Shown: positions 1 through 8,825 of the stretch, in pieces
Numbering within the stretch: position 1 is the stretch's first letter
Layout of the letters: the number at the start of each line of letters is the position of its first letter
DNA from: an uncultured Candidatus Saccharibacteria bacterium
GTDB lineage: Bacteria > Patescibacteriota > Saccharimonadia > Saccharimonadales > EFPC-124
DNA: 54,128 bases
Direction: 5' to 3'
Assembly (NCBI GenBank): GCA_964405095.1
Contig: CAYOML010000006.1
Span: forward strand, 1-54,128
The notes under the pieces: generated by a model
Database searches by the model: none
The model's input: the letters and a program-made list of their open reading frames with translations, nothing else
What the model was told of the DNA's origin: nothing
Position numbers and translations under genes: made by a program

Positions 1-230
1 CACGACCAATCCTGCCTGACGAATTAAAGCTCTACAGGGGTAAAAGCGCATTGCTACACAGTGTCAAATCCGGCGTTACCGGTTTATGGCAGGTTTCCGG
101 GCGTAGCGACTTACCGTTCGATAAACGAGTCGAGCTAGAATTATACTACGCCCAAAACTGGAGCTTCTGGCTAGATGTTAGGATTCTTCTAAAAACCATT
201 CCAGCACTCCTGAGGAAAGGCGCCCGGTAG
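1..230 (+). CDS. C-terminal end of a bacterial sugar transferase (polyprenyl-phosphate glycosyl-1-phosphate transferase, WbaP/PglC/EpsL type); 5' end outside window
   Basis: Frame from nt 3 reads ...SVKSGVTGLWQVSGRSDLPFDKRVELELYYAQNWSFWLDVRILLKTIPALLRKGAR*, the conserved C-terminal block of initiating sugar transferases. Stop TAG 228-230 overlaps the GTG of the next gene by 1 nt. Confidence 0.8.
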   Translation, partial: RPILPDELKLYRGKSALLHSVKSGVTGLWQVSGRSDLPFDKRVELELYYAQNWSFWLDVRILLKTIPALLRKGAR

Positions 231-1339
231 TGGCTGCAGTGCCTAAAGTTGCGATTGTTTGCGATTGGCTAACCAACATGGGTGGCGCCGAGCGGGTTGT
301 ACTGAGTGTACGCAAGGCATTCCCTGAGGCACCAATTTACACTTCGGTCTTTGACCCAGAAGGCTGCCCACAATTCAAAGGTTTAGATGTCAGAACTACA
401 TGGTTGCAACATCTGCCGCGTATTTTGCGTCGGCGCCACCAGCTATTCCCAGTATTCCGCGCCCACGCTTTTCGCAAGCTCGATCTTAGCGCCTACGATA
501 CGGTTATCTCGATCAGCAGCGCCGAGGCCAAAGCTGTGATTACTCGGCCAGGCGCGCGCCATATTTGCTATTGCCTCACCCCGACTCGCTATTACTGGAG
601 TCATTACGAAGATTATAAAAAACAGCCAGGCTTTGGATGGTTAAACCCTCTAGTTCGCCTACTAATCCCGCCCTTCGTAGCCTGGATGCGCCACTTAGAT
701 CTAAGGGCAGTAGAGGGAGTGACAGAATTCGTCGCCATTTCATCGGCGATTGCCGAAAGAATCAAGCAATATTACGATCGCGAATCACTCATAATATACC
801 CGCCAGTCGATATGCAACGCTTTCGTGACCTGACTATCACTGGCCCGCGCTCCGGTTTTATAGCTCTGGGCAGACAGGTGGCATACAAACGCATGGATCT
901 CGCCATCCAAGTCTGCAATGTTCTGAACTTGCCACTGACGGTCTATGGGAATGGCCCAGAGCACAAGCGTTTAGTGACAATGGCTGGGCCAACCATTAAG
1001 TTTGTTGTCGGCGCGACCGATGCAGAAGTAACCAAAGCACTGACCCAAGCCGAGGCGCTAACCTTCCCCCAAGACGAAGACTTTGGCATAGTCCAGCTCG
1101 AGGCCATGGCCGCCGGCTGCCCAGTAATAGCTCATGCTAAGGGCGGAGCATTGGACGTAGTTGTCGGCGGTAAAACCGGGCTATTCTTTAACGAACAAAC
1201 CGTCGAGAGCTTACGAGAAGCCCTAGTCCGATTTGCGTCAACGCGTTTTATACCCAAAGTTTTACAAATGCACGCTGAAGAATTTAGCGAAGAACGGTTC
1301 GTTAGACAAATGCATCAGCTCGTCGAAGCCGAGGTTTGA
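230..1339 (+). CDS. GT4-family (GT-B fold) glycosyltransferase
   Basis: 369-aa ORF with the C-terminal motif EDFGIVQLEAMAAGCPVIAHAKGGALDVV typical of group 1 glycosyltransferases; coupled to the upstream transferase. Confidence 0.8.
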   Translation: MAAVPKVAIVCDWLTNMGGAERVVLSVRKAFPEAPIYTSVFDPEGCPQFKGLDVRTTWLQHLPRILRRRHQLFPVFRAHAFRKLDLSAYDTVISISSAEAKAVITRPGARHICYCLTPTRYYWSHYEDYKKQPGFGWLNPLVRLLIPPFVAWMRHLDLRAVEGVTEFVAISSAIAERIKQYYDRESLIIYPPVDMQRFRDLTITGPRSGFIALGRQVAYKRMDLAIQVCNVLNLPLTVYGNGPEHKRLVTMAGPTIKFVVGATDAEVTKALTQAEALTFPQDEDFGIVQLEAMAAGCPVIAHAKGGALDVVVGGKTGLFFNEQTVESLREALVRFASTRFIPKVLQMHAEEFSEERFVRQMHQLVEAEV

Positions 1340-1345
1340 ACGGGG

Positions 1346-3166
1346 CTATAGCCCACCGTAACCCCCACCATAGTATAGGTAGGAGTCTGGCTTGTGATAG
1401 TCAGTGATTTTCAGTGGTTTTGTAACTGTACTATTGGGGAGTATATACAGTTCGCTACCACTTTTGGATACCAGTAGATAATCATCGGTAAACCAACCAT
1501 ATTGTCTGTACTCACTTAACTCTGCTATGGGCTTACCGTTGGAACCCGCCTTATCACCAACAATCAGAGTGTTTTTACCATCGCGACTTTCTGACCAGAA
1601 GGTTGCTTGGCCAGACGGAGACACAAGGTACGTGGGGTAAGTTGCGTAAAAGACTTTGTCGCTGATATCTTTATCCTTTATCTTCCCCTCACTATATTCG
1701 TAACCTTTGAGCATTCCACCGTCTTGCCACACCCGAAAGAATATATCTGTAGGTGTATACTGCCGACTCTCTATGTATCCATCAGGTGCATTGGAAAACT
1801 CTTTGACAATTTTCTTACTGGTACCGTCAGTCTGGGCGCTAAGAATAGCCTTCTTTTTGCCTATGAGTCTACCTGGGTTGTAATAACCTGTACCCCACAC
1901 CTTGGTGTAAACTACTTCGCTACCAAGAAGCGTTGCATTGGAAATTTGTTCGCGAGCATAATCAGTCGTTCCCGTGCCTTCCCCGGCAGTTTCATCGAGA
2001 GTCGTCAGTTTGCCTCGCTCAGCATCAAAACTTTTCAAGGCCGACTGCTTTGGTTGCCACGACTGAACAGTATTGCGAAAGACTGTGTAAACCAATCTAT
2101 GCTCAGCCCATCCGGACAGTGTAAACTCAGCGTCGCCTTCGTCCGCCACGACCACTGAGTCCTTGGCAGTGTCAATTATATAAATTTTAGCCTTATCGCT
2201 ATCTCGGCTGGCTTTCAGAACCAGGTACTTCCAATCACGCGAAGCGAGCAGAATGGTATCTGTATCTGCCTCCTTTCCCGTACCTGCCAGCACTACCTGC
2301 TGGTTAGCACCGTCAAGATCACTCTTCATAACGTTAATTTTGCCGGTGCGCTTGCTCAAGAAGTAAACCTTTCCATAAGGTGTCATAGCAAAAGTATTAC
2401 CGTCTATGGCTTGTTCGGTAACGGTTAAATTAATCTTAAGTTCGTTGTAGCCAACAATTCTGATCTTGCCGGCTTGTGTAGTCTTACCGACAGGTAAAAC
2501 AACCGTGGCCTCGCCCTTGGAGTCTGTGATGGCCGTTGCATCGAGAGCGGTGATGGCCACCTTTTCAATAGGTTCGCCACTAATCCGATTAATGACTTTT
2601 ACGGGCACCTGGCGGCCAGTTGCTTCTAGGCTCAGGCTAGCAGGCTCAGACGACTTAGTTAGCCACACATCCACTATTACGTCGATTTCTTTGTAATACT
2701 TTTTAGCAATAGTAATATGCTGTGGTCCTACTGGCACTCCGTGAAATGTTATATTACCCTGACTGTCCGACTTCGCGCTCTGGCCAGCCACTCTAGCTTC
2801 AGCATCGGTCACCGGTTTTTTAGTCTGCGAATCGGTTAACGTCAGGGTAACATCTTTTTTAATAACCAGCCCAAGTATGCCGTAGCGAGTTGTTGGCACT
2901 GCAAACAACACACCCAATACCAAAACAACACCGGCAACTGCTAGCAGTATGCGACCCTTTGTGGTGGCCGACAATACCTTTACACCCTTGAGTAAGGTGG
3001 GTGGCTCAGCTGCAATTTTAGGTGTTTGTTGTTCATCGTGTTCGGTGCCGCCTGGTGGCTCTTCGGGCCTTTCAATATCAGACTCGTGCTTTACTGCTGT
3101 TTCACCATCCGACTGCTCAGTGGGTTGAACACCACTATGCTCTTCGGGGTCCTTTTCGTCTGCCAT
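1346..3166 (-). CDS. Membrane-anchored surface protein: acidic N-terminus, one TM helix, beta-sandwich segments, TolB/PD40-like beta-propeller-like C-terminal region
   Basis: 606-aa ORF with TM segment ILLAVAGVVLVLGVLFAV. Segments such as VTLTLTDSQTKKPVTDAEARVAGQSAKSDSQGNITFHGVPVG resemble carboxypeptidase-regulatory-like folds. SPSGQATFWSESRDGKNTLIVGD resembles PD40 repeats. Domain calls are tentative. Confidence 0.45.
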   Translation of the reverse strand: MADEKDPEEHSGVQPTEQSDGETAVKHESDIERPEEPPGGTEHDEQQTPKIAAEPPTLLKGVKVLSATTKGRILLAVAGVVLVLGVLFAVPTTRYGILGLVIKKDVTLTLTDSQTKKPVTDAEARVAGQSAKSDSQGNITFHGVPVGPQHITIAKKYYKEIDVIVDVWLTKSSEPASLSLEATGRQVPVKVINRISGEPIEKVAITALDATAITDSKGEATVVLPVGKTTQAGKIRIVGYNELKINLTVTEQAIDGNTFAMTPYGKVYFLSKRTGKINVMKSDLDGANQQVVLAGTGKEADTDTILLASRDWKYLVLKASRDSDKAKIYIIDTAKDSVVVADEGDAEFTLSGWAEHRLVYTVFRNTVQSWQPKQSALKSFDAERGKLTTLDETAGEGTGTTDYAREQISNATLLGSEVVYTKVWGTGYYNPGRLIGKKKAILSAQTDGTSKKIVKEFSNAPDGYIESRQYTPTDIFFRVWQDGGMLKGYEYSEGKIKDKDISDKVFYATYPTYLVSPSGQATFWSESRDGKNTLIVGDKAGSNGKPIAELSEYRQYGWFTDDYLLVSKSGSELYILPNSTVTKPLKITDYHKPDSYLYYGGGYGGL

Positions 3167-3222
3167 ACCGAACGTGCTCCTTTAAGCATAAGAGTATCTC
3201 GACCGCACATTTAATACAACGG

Positions 3223-4257
3223 TTAGTCTTGCAGTTTCTGAATGACTTCTTTGACCTTTTGGGCCATATCTTTGCGAGCGACTAAAACACCGTTGGGGGT
3301 ATTTACAACGACGACATTGTCTAGGCCAATAACCGCTACTGCTTTGTTAGTTTCGGAGTTATGGATAAACGAATTACCGACTTCCTCTACGCCAACCCGA
3401 CCATACAGGTGGTTACCTGATTCATCGCTCTCGACAGCTTCGTGTGCATCTTTAAACGAACCAACATCCATCCAGTCGAACGAAGCTGGCACGACCTGCA
3501 GATTGTCGTGGGGCTCCATCAACACATAGTCGATGGCTTCGTTACGGAACGACAGATAGGCATCATGGTAAGTCTTGGCAGTCTTAGATTTTACCAACTG
3601 GTCGAAGTAACCCTTCCATTCGGGCGAATATTTAGCAAAGTCGCGCACGAAAACACTGATCGGCGCCACAAAGTAGCCGCAGTTCCATAAGTAACGACCA
3701 CTTTGCATGTAATCTCTGGCAACTTCGTAAGCCGGTTTTTCTTTGAAACCGTCTACTTTGTAGATCAACCCGCCGTCATGTATGGTTTGGCCTTTTTGTA
3801 TATAGCCAAAGCCAGTTGCGGGGTAGGTTGGTTCGATGCCAATCAGCGTTAGGCGTTGGTTCTTGACCGAGTTCTCACCGGCAACGCCCAGAGAATATGC
3901 AAAGCCTTCGGTGTCACGTATAACATGGTCGGCATGAATGAAGGCCAGTGCGTCCCTGTGGTCGTGGCGAGATTGGACTTTGTGCAAGCCCGCAATTATG
4001 GCACAGGCCGTACCGCGCCTGGCTGGTTCAACCACAAAATGGTCTTTATCCATTTTAGGCAGTTGGGCGTGCACATGGTCGGCATGGCTACCCTCAGTTA
4101 CTACGTACACATCTTTCGCCACCCGCCCGGCACGCCGGTAGGCGTTCTGCAAAAGTGTCTCTCCACCCGTTAGGCTTAGTAAATGTTTCGGGTAATCTGG
4201 TGTCGAAAGGGGCCAAAGGCGGGTACCCGACCCGCCAGCAATGATGACTACTATCAT
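3223..4257 (-). CDS. manC: Mannose-1-phosphate guanylyltransferase (GDP-mannose pyrophosphorylase, short form without a PMI domain)
   Basis: 344 aa; N-terminal MIVVIIAGGSGTRLWPLS nucleotidyltransferase signature and overall ManC/CpsB-like sequence. Confidence 0.85.
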   Translation of the reverse strand: MIVVIIAGGSGTRLWPLSTPDYPKHLLSLTGGETLLQNAYRRAGRVAKDVYVVTEGSHADHVHAQLPKMDKDHFVVEPARRGTACAIIAGLHKVQSRHDHRDALAFIHADHVIRDTEGFAYSLGVAGENSVKNQRLTLIGIEPTYPATGFGYIQKGQTIHDGGLIYKVDGFKEKPAYEVARDYMQSGRYLWNCGYFVAPISVFVRDFAKYSPEWKGYFDQLVKSKTAKTYHDAYLSFRNEAIDYVLMEPHDNLQVVPASFDWMDVGSFKDAHEAVESDESGNHLYGRVGVEEVGNSFIHNSETNKAVAVIGLDNVVVVNTPNGVLVARKDMAQKVKEVIQKLQD

Positions 4258-4293
4258 GTAAAGAGTATAGCAAAACTTGGTGCAACGTGGTTT

Positions 4294-5505
4294 TTATACC
4301 TTGTTCTTGGTGAATATAAACGAACGCATAATAACAAAGTTCCAAACAGCAATTGTTGCCACCGTCAGGCATTTAGCAAGAAAGGCTGCGCCGATAAGCT
4401 GCGCATAAAGCCCAATCAACCCATTCGATAGCAAAAGATTGAAGGCATACAGCACAGCCATTTTTGCGCCTTGCCGGTTTATAGAATCGTCACGACCGGC
4501 TTTAAACACCCAGTAACGAAGCAATGTGAAGTTAAAAACAATCGTCAAAATATAGCTCACCGAATTAGCAATGTATAGTTGTAAACCGAAGATCGAATGT
4601 AACACATAAAATAACCCCGTCTCGACGACAAGGCTAAGCACACCACTCACTACGTAGCGTAAAGCTTCGCCGTGGATCTGTTTATTCTGGCCAAACATTT
4701 TAGCGGCTGTCATTAAACTCTGACCGAACTCAAGAATACGAGTGCTCTTTTTTAGGGCCTTGCGATTACTGATAATTTGTTCGGCAATTGAGCCGGCATT
4801 TCGGGCAGTCCCCTTATACCACACCTTAACTGTATCGAGGCCAGAACGCGCAAAGACCTTTTGTAGTGTCTCGGGGCTAAAGTAATAAACGTGAGTCGGG
4901 GGATGTATCATGCGCCACTTACCGCCTCGGGCCCGCGCGATAAGTGCCGATACGTCACCGGTAGTCAGAGCAAGGTAGCCGCCTGGTTTTAAAATACGAT
5001 TTATCTTCTCTATATATTTATCGGGGTGGGTCAGGTGTTCAGCTACATCCCACATGCAAACCAAATCTACCGAACTATCTTTAATTGGGTAATCTAGAAA
5101 GTCTTTTGTGGTCGCATTATGACCGCGGCTTTTTGATTCTTTTATGCCTTCTTCGCTGACATCAAAACCGATATATTTTCCGGCAATCGGCTTCAGCAAA
5201 TCTAAGAAATATCCATAGGCCGAACCAAGTTCAACTACATTGTCACCCTGTTTCAAGGCGCCAATTCTCTTTAGTCTGGCAATTCGCCTTTTGAAGTTAT
5301 GCTCGAGCGCCGGTCGATCGGCTACATAGTCTGCATATTCCATGCCAAAAAAGTAGTCTTGCTGATACAAGTCGTGTAACTCCTTACCAGTTGGGATTTC
5401 TTTTGCGACCACCATGCCGCATTTTTTGCACTTAATCACACCAGGGCAATATGGCTCAAATCTTTTACCGCTGCAGGCAATACAAACAGTCACGGGTTCT
5501 GCCAT
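4294..5505 (-). CDS. Fusion protein: zinc-ribbon plus class I SAM-dependent methyltransferase (N-terminal) and GtrA-like 4-TM domain (C-terminal)
   Basis: N-terminal CIACSGKRF..CKKCG and motif I VVELGSAYGYFLD, then LKPGGYLALTTG. The C-terminal ~130 aa (LRYVVSGVLSLVVETGLFYVL...IAVWNFVIMRSFIFTK) match the GtrA-like pattern. Confidence 0.7.
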   Translation of the reverse strand: MAEPVTVCIACSGKRFEPYCPGVIKCKKCGMVVAKEIPTGKELHDLYQQDYFFGMEYADYVADRPALEHNFKRRIARLKRIGALKQGDNVVELGSAYGYFLDLLKPIAGKYIGFDVSEEGIKESKSRGHNATTKDFLDYPIKDSSVDLVCMWDVAEHLTHPDKYIEKINRILKPGGYLALTTGDVSALIARARGGKWRMIHPPTHVYYFSPETLQKVFARSGLDTVKVWYKGTARNAGSIAEQIISNRKALKKSTRILEFGQSLMTAAKMFGQNKQIHGEALRYVVSGVLSLVVETGLFYVLHSIFGLQLYIANSVSYILTIVFNFTLLRYWVFKAGRDDSINRQGAKMAVLYAFNLLLSNGLIGLYAQLIGAAFLAKCLTVATIAVWNFVIMRSFIFTKNKV

Positions 5506-5559
5506 GGGTGCACTCCATTTATTTCTTTGTTAATTATAGACCGAAACGGGACTTTTATC

Positions 5560-6411
5560 TCAAAACGGGCGTACTGTCGGGTCTGGCTGAAAGCCTAGTT
5601 CTGTTTGTGCCTTGTGTATGTCTGCCCAGCTGTAGCTCGGCGGAGATTCCTTAACATTATAGTGTACCTCTCGGCCTCGCGCCTCGAGTGCGGCGATAAG
5701 TGTCGCGTTATTGGTTGATACGCCACTAGCTACGTTATAGACCACACAAGACTCAGTTTGTTTATCCGTTTCAAGCCTGCTCAAAACCTTCACCACATCG
5801 TCAATATGAATGTAGTCACGATAAAAGGTATCGAGACCATTTAGTATTACTGGTGAGTCTGGTGTAGAATGCGCGAGCTTATAGACCAGTGAATTTGTAA
5901 ATTCAGGACCATAAATATTAAAGGGTCTGAGAATAGTTACAAGCAAATTCGAGCTTACGGCAATTTTGCCCAGAGCTTGCTCGGCGGCCAGTTTGGTTTT
6001 GCCGTAGACCGATTGCGGGTCGATGTTGCTCTGTTCATCGGTCGGCGAATGATCTAACTGGTTATATACTGCCGCTGATGAAGTGAAGATAAATCGTGCC
6101 ACACCATACTTGGCACTTAGCCGAGCTAGTTGCTTAGTTGCCTCGACATTAACTTGCTCGGCCATATGCGGGTCGTCCTCGCATGCCCCCCCTATCATCG
6201 CCGCAAGATGAATAACAATGTCTGGCCGTTCTTTGGTTATGATATCCGACAAACCGGCTGTATCGGCGAGGTCGGTATAGTACATCGAACCATCGGGCAA
6301 ATCGTTAGTTTGGCTGCGGCTTAAAAGAACAAGTTCATGCCCAGCCTTAGCTAAAGCCTTGCTGACTTCCCTGCCCACATTACCCGAGGCTCCGGTAATA
6401 AAAACTTTCAT
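5560..6411 (-). CDS. NAD-dependent epimerase/dehydratase (extended SDR)
   Basis: MKVFITGASGNVGREV Rossmann motif and YGKTKLAAEQ catalytic YxxxK. Confidence 0.8.
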   Translation of the reverse strand: MKVFITGASGNVGREVSKALAKAGHELVLLSRSQTNDLPDGSMYYTDLADTAGLSDIITKERPDIVIHLAAMIGGACEDDPHMAEQVNVEATKQLARLSAKYGVARFIFTSSAAVYNQLDHSPTDEQSNIDPQSVYGKTKLAAEQALGKIAVSSNLLVTILRPFNIYGPEFTNSLVYKLAHSTPDSPVILNGLDTFYRDYIHIDDVVKVLSRLETDKQTESCVVYNVASGVSTNNATLIAALEARGREVHYNVKESPPSYSWADIHKAQTELGFQPDPTVRPF

Positions 6412-6422
6412 ATTGTCTTACA

Positions 6423-7796
6423 CTATTCCTTTATCCTAAAGCCAATTGTCCTCAACTTAACAATAAAGTCTTCGGGCGCAAGTTCGTATTTTAAACTCTT
6501 GTCTATGAGCCTATCGATCGCATCAATGAACTCTTTGTGTCTGAAAGGTTTCTCGCCCTTAACTACAAACACTTTGTTATTAGGCGTTTTCTCGACCTTA
6601 TTAGGGTCATAAATAAGCTCTTCGAACATCTTTTCGCCAGGCCTCAGCCCGATAGTTTCGATCTTGATCGGTTTATTCAGTAATTTCACTAGGCTTTTGG
6701 CTAGATCCATAATCTTAACTTGCTCGCCCATGTCTAAAACAAATATTTCACCATTCTTGCCAAGTACTGTGGAGTGAACAATCAGTTGGGCTGCTTCCTC
6801 GACAGTCATAAAGAACCGGGTAACATCTTTATCGGTTACGGTGAGTGACCGCCCTTGATCAATTTGTTTCTTGAAAATATTGACTACACTACCGTTGCTT
6901 TGTATGACATTTCCAAAGCGCACAGCATTAAACTTGGTGACACCCCCGCGGCCCGCCAAAACTTCCATCAGCATCTCGCCCAAGCGCTTAGTGGCACCCA
7001 TAACATTTACAGGGTTGACCGCTTTATCTGTCGACACGTAGACAAAATTCTTAACCCCATGGCTAACTGCCTGGCGCATAAGATTTAATGAACCCCACAC
7101 ATTGTTATTGAATGCTTCTATAGGATTATCTTGCATTAGCGGCACGTGTTTATAAGCTGCGGCATGAAACACAATGTCTGGCTTGTACTCAGTGAAAATC
7201 TTATTAATAACGTATGGGTTTTTTATATCTGCAATCTTATAAATAAAATTCTTCTTGTGGCCCATTTCGTGCTGTAAATAAAATATGCCGTTTTCCCACC
7301 AATCGACACACACCACAGATTCTGGCTCCATACTGGCTAAGAGGCTTACCACCTTAGACCCAATAGAGCCCGCGGCGCCAGTTACGACTATCTTTTTACC
7401 CTTTATGAATTTCCTGGTCTCCAACAAGTCATGTTTTACCGGTTGCCGGCCAACTAATTGCAGGATGTCGACGTCGGTCAGGTCGTGAACGTTAACAGTA
7501 TTTTTTGAAAGAATCTTAAACGAACGCGGGATGATTGATATCTTAACTTTTTCGTCCTCGACCCCAAGCAGGAAGTCGCGCACCACTTTGGCTGGTGAGG
7601 AGGGGATCGCAAAATAAATGTCGGTGATCTTGTGTTTCTTGATAATTCGGTTAACTTCGGCAAGCGTGCCTAGCACTTCGCCGTTCATAGCCACGTCATC
7701 AAGGTAGCCAGCAATCGGCTGATTGTTGCGCTTCAAACTACGAGCCAAACTCCGGCCCGCAGTACCATAGCCAACAATTAGTATTTTTTTCGCCAC
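6423..7796 (-). CDS. CapD/PglF/WbpM-like nucleotide-sugar 4,6-dehydratase (soluble form, no TM domains)
   Basis: KKIVVTGAAGSIGSKV and YVSTDKAVNPVNVMGATKRLGE motifs typical of the polysaccharide biosynthesis protein CapD family. Confidence 0.8.
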   Translation of the reverse strand: MAKKILIVGYGTAGRSLARSLKRNNQPIAGYLDDVAMNGEVLGTLAEVNRIIKKHKITDIYFAIPSSPAKVVRDFLLGVEDEKVKISIIPRSFKILSKNTVNVHDLTDVDILQLVGRQPVKHDLLETRKFIKGKKIVVTGAAGSIGSKVVSLLASMEPESVVCVDWWENGIFYLQHEMGHKKNFIYKIADIKNPYVINKIFTEYKPDIVFHAAAYKHVPLMQDNPIEAFNNNVWGSLNLMRQAVSHGVKNFVYVSTDKAVNPVNVMGATKRLGEMLMEVLAGRGGVTKFNAVRFGNVIQSNGSVVNIFKKQIDQGRSLTVTDKDVTRFFMTVEEAAQLIVHSTVLGKNGEIFVLDMGEQVKIMDLAKSLVKLLNKPIKIETIGLRPGEKMFEELIYDPNKVEKTPNNKVFVVKGEKPFRHKEFIDAIDRLIDKSLKYELAPEDFIVKLRTIGFRIKE

Positions 7797-7835
7797 TAAA
7801 ACCCCTAAAGACCTATTGCTAAAGACTTATCCTGA

Positions 7836-8792
7836 TTATACAGCAGGCAGCTTCTCTTTCATCACGACAAACTCTGGGCGCTGTTTCTGGATATCTATTG
7901 AGTGCGCAAGGTATGTCCCAATTATGCCAAGCAAAATGAAGTTAACACCAAAGCAAAACAACACAATCACCATGAGCGAAGTCCAACCGCTTATAACTTG
8001 GGACCCAAGAAAGTATTGGATCGTCAGCACGACGCCATAAAGGAACGAACTGAGTGCGAATATAATGCCAAGTACCATCGCCATACGCAACGGCTTCTCG
8101 CTAAACTGCAGGATCCCTCGGTAAGCTAAATCAAGTAACTTACGCAAACTGTATTTACTAACGCCGGCTATGCGTTTGTTGGGTTGATAGGCGATTGTTA
8201 CACGCGACATCGGTAGCCAAGAAAAATACCCGCGCAGAAACAGGTTGTTCTCTCGGCTTTTAACCACCGTTTGAGTAACAACTTTATCAATCAGACGAAA
8301 GTCCGATGCGCCATACTCCAAGTGCAGGTCGCTCATCCAATTAAGGAATCGGTAGTAGAGTTTTGAGGTCCCGTACTTGAGAGTTCCGACATCTTCAGCG
8401 CTATCTTCGCGCGTCATTTGTACAATTTTGGCACCCTTCTCCCATTCTTCGATCATTTTCGGTATTAGTTCTGGGGGGTGCTGCATATCGGCATCCATCA
8501 TAATAGTTGCATCGTAATCAACCGAGGCGTTCAGCCCAGCCCTCAGTGCCGATTGATGCCCGGCATTGTGGGCAAACTGACGGTAATAAATGTAGTCATG
8601 TTCGTGGGCGGCCTTTTCTATGACCTGCTGGGTGTCATCGGCACTCCCATCGTTCACAAACATAATATCAAGCTGGTACTTAGCAGCTAGCTTCTCGCGA
8701 ACCTTAGATAGCGCATCTATGGTATACAGCAGCGCTTCGCCTTCGTTGTAACAAGGAAGAACAATAATCAGTTTCTTCTTGGGTTCCATCAA
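7836..8792 (-). CDS. GT2 polyprenyl-phosphate glycosyltransferase (GtrB/CsbB/DPM1-like) with two C-terminal TM helices
   Basis: LPCYNEGEAL, VNDGSADDT and MDADMQHPPE (DXD) motifs; C-terminal hydrophobic segments MVLGIIFALSSFLYGVVL and LMVIVLFCFGVNFILLGIIG. Confidence 0.8.
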   Translation of the reverse strand: MMEPKKKLIIVLPCYNEGEALLYTIDALSKVREKLAAKYQLDIMFVNDGSADDTQQVIEKAAHEHDYIYYRQFAHNAGHQSALRAGLNASVDYDATIMMDADMQHPPELIPKMIEEWEKGAKIVQMTREDSAEDVGTLKYGTSKLYYRFLNWMSDLHLEYGASDFRLIDKVVTQTVVKSRENNLFLRGYFSWLPMSRVTIAYQPNKRIAGVSKYSLRKLLDLAYRGILQFSEKPLRMAMVLGIIFALSSFLYGVVLTIQYFLGSQVISGWTSLMVIVLFCFGVNFILLGIIGTYLAHSIDIQKQRPEFVVMKEKLPAV

Positions 8793-8825
8793 TGATGCCT
8801 CGTTATCCGACCACTACTAAAAGTA

